A DNA stretch of 64,000 nucleotides. Source: a virus. A program made the translations under genes and the position numbers. The DNA lies in IMG/VR virus record IMGVR_UViG_3300032285_000892, positions 32,001 to 96,000 of that record; one strand, written 5' to 3'. Each line of letters opens with the position of its first letter. Position 1 is the stretch's first letter. Below, in pieces: positions 63,172 through 64,000 of this stretch. The notes under the pieces are model-generated. The model did no database searches. It was not told the DNA's origin and saw only the letters and a program-made list of their open reading frames with translations.

Positions 63172-63540
63172 ATGTATATAGAAGTTAGTACAGGAGAAGT
63201 AGCTGATAAGATCAGCATCCTAGTTATTAAGAATGAGAAGATCACTGATGAAACTAAGCTAGCTAATGTTCAGAAAGAACTCAGTGCATTGATTGAACTG
63301 TTTCCTGCAGAGATACTAATTGACAAGCTGTATAATGAATTATGTCATGTAAACATTCAACTCTGGCATATAGAAGATGCTATTAGAGAGAAGGAAAGAT
63401 TACGTGAATTTGATGAAGAATTCATCAAGCTTGCACGAGATGTTTACTTTACGAACGATCGAAGAGCTGCTATTAAAAAAGAAATAAATATTAAGTACGG
63501 ATCTGATTTTGTAGAAGAAAAATCATATAAAGTATATTAA
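63172..63540 (+). CDS. DUF6165-like helical protein
   Basis: IEVSTGEVADKISILVIK...N.QLWHIEDAIRE.E...F..LAR.VY..ND.R..IK.EIN...GS...EEKSY. The start was moved from 63088 to 63172. Confidence 0.75.
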   Translation: MYIEVSTGEVADKISILVIKNEKITDETKLANVQKELSALIELFPAEILIDKLYNELCHVNIQLWHIEDAIREKERLREFDEEFIKLARDVYFTNDRRAAIKKEINIKYGSDFVEEKSYKVY

Positions 63541-63551
63541 TTAAAAATTTA

Positions 63552-63583
63552 TTTGCATAAGTGATAAGAATTACAGATATTTG
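63552..63583 (+). promoter_or_regulatory. Promoter-like element TTTG-N20-GATATTTG
   Basis: One mismatch to the -7 consensus, with correct spacing. Confidence 0.4.
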
Positions 63584-63589
63584 TTACAA

Positions 63590-63647
63590 CAGTACTTACC
63601 ACGCTTAAGTTATCAACTGCGTACCAGGGTAAGTCTTTTGCTTTTTT
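63590..63647 (+). ncRNA. Candidate small structured RNA or leader (bulged hairpin plus U-tract)
   Basis: Pairings ACTTACC/GGTAAGT, ACGC/GCGT and AGTT/AACT, followed by CTTTTGCTTTTTT, directly after a promoter-like site. Confidence 0.3.
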
Positions 63648-63679
63648 ACACTTCATGAATTTTTTTGTTAACTAAATAG

Positions 63680-63720
63680 CATCTCAATCCTTCTAAAGGG
63701 TAGGGATGTTATTGTTTTTT
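63680..63720 (+). terminator. Hairpin plus T-tract
   Basis: CATCTC/GGGATG and ATCCTT/AAGGGT (with G-U pairs), then TTATTGTTTTTT. Confidence 0.45.
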
Positions 63721-63732
63721 CTACTATGCGCA

Positions 63733-64000
63733 ATGGCTAATTTTACTTACGATCAATTTAAAAGCTGGTTATTTCCAGCGTTAATATCCGCATTGGGTAT
63801 GATGATTTGGAATGACGTTAATGAAATAAAAGCTGATGTAAAAGCTTTGATGGCTCAATCAAATATAGATAAGACACGTATAGATAACCTAGAACGTGAG
63901 GTATATAAGACTACAACATATAAAGTACCTTTTCCTATTGATTTCCCTCCTAAAGATTTAAAGATTAGGCCAGTTGCAATAATGAATAGAGATGAAGATG
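63733..64000 (+). CDS. Partial membrane protein (one TM helix plus coiled coil; holin/XhlA-like), truncated by the window end
   Basis: Read by hand: MANFTYDQFKSWLFPALISALGMMIWNDVNEIKADVKALMAQSNIDKTRIDNLERE..., with no stop before 64000. Confidence 0.55.
   Translation, partial: MANFTYDQFKSWLFPALISALGMMIWNDVNEIKADVKALMAQSNIDKTRIDNLEREVYKTTTYKVPFPIDFPPKDLKIRPVAIMNRDED

Noticed and set aside
1-64000. Stop-codon reassignment, as in some Crassvirales
   Set aside because: Long ORFs tile the window under code 11, and TAA, TAG (1909, 10813, 56171) and TGA (5229) all act as stops at sensible gene ends. The muzzle break is a frame change, not an in-frame stop.
1-64000. tRNA/rRNA genes, integrase, IS elements, introns or inteins
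   Set aside because: None were recognisable. Intergenic gaps are short, and I found no homing-endonuclease, Hint or transposase motifs by eye. tRNAscan and intein HMMs would be needed to exclude them formally.

Overview
The whole window is the virion (late) module of a crAss-like phage (Crassvirales-related). It is AT-rich, uses the standard code, and probably infects a Bacteroidota host: TAnnTTTG-type promoters are present and start regions are A-rich without Shine-Dalgarno sites. From left to right it holds the end of a ring-type gene, a probable auxiliary capsid protein and hub proteins, a fibre cluster, a metallophosphoesterase, and a ring / IHF-like / ring / muzzle tail block in which the muzzle gene is split in two. 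Next come five large ejected cargo proteins: two carry peptidoglycan-hydrolase modules, one is a 4164-aa virion RNA polymerase (GSDFDIDK), and one is a 1670-aa protein with a PD-(D/E)xK nuclease. The window ends with a 2222-aa (Gly-Thr-Ser/Asn)n fibre, a beta-roll fibre, and about 12 kb holding five glycosyltransferase genes and two methyltransferases. One of these is a clear homologue of the iron-finger autotransporter heptosyltransferases TibC/Aah. The best candidate for an undescribed system is a phage-encoded cytoplasmic protein-glycosylation pathway sitting among its probable substrates: Pro-free Thr/Ser/Asn-rich G-X-Y fibres, an adhesin-like beta-roll fibre, and Thr/Ser tails on capsid and tail proteins. 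All family assignments come from motif recognition by eye; no database search was run.
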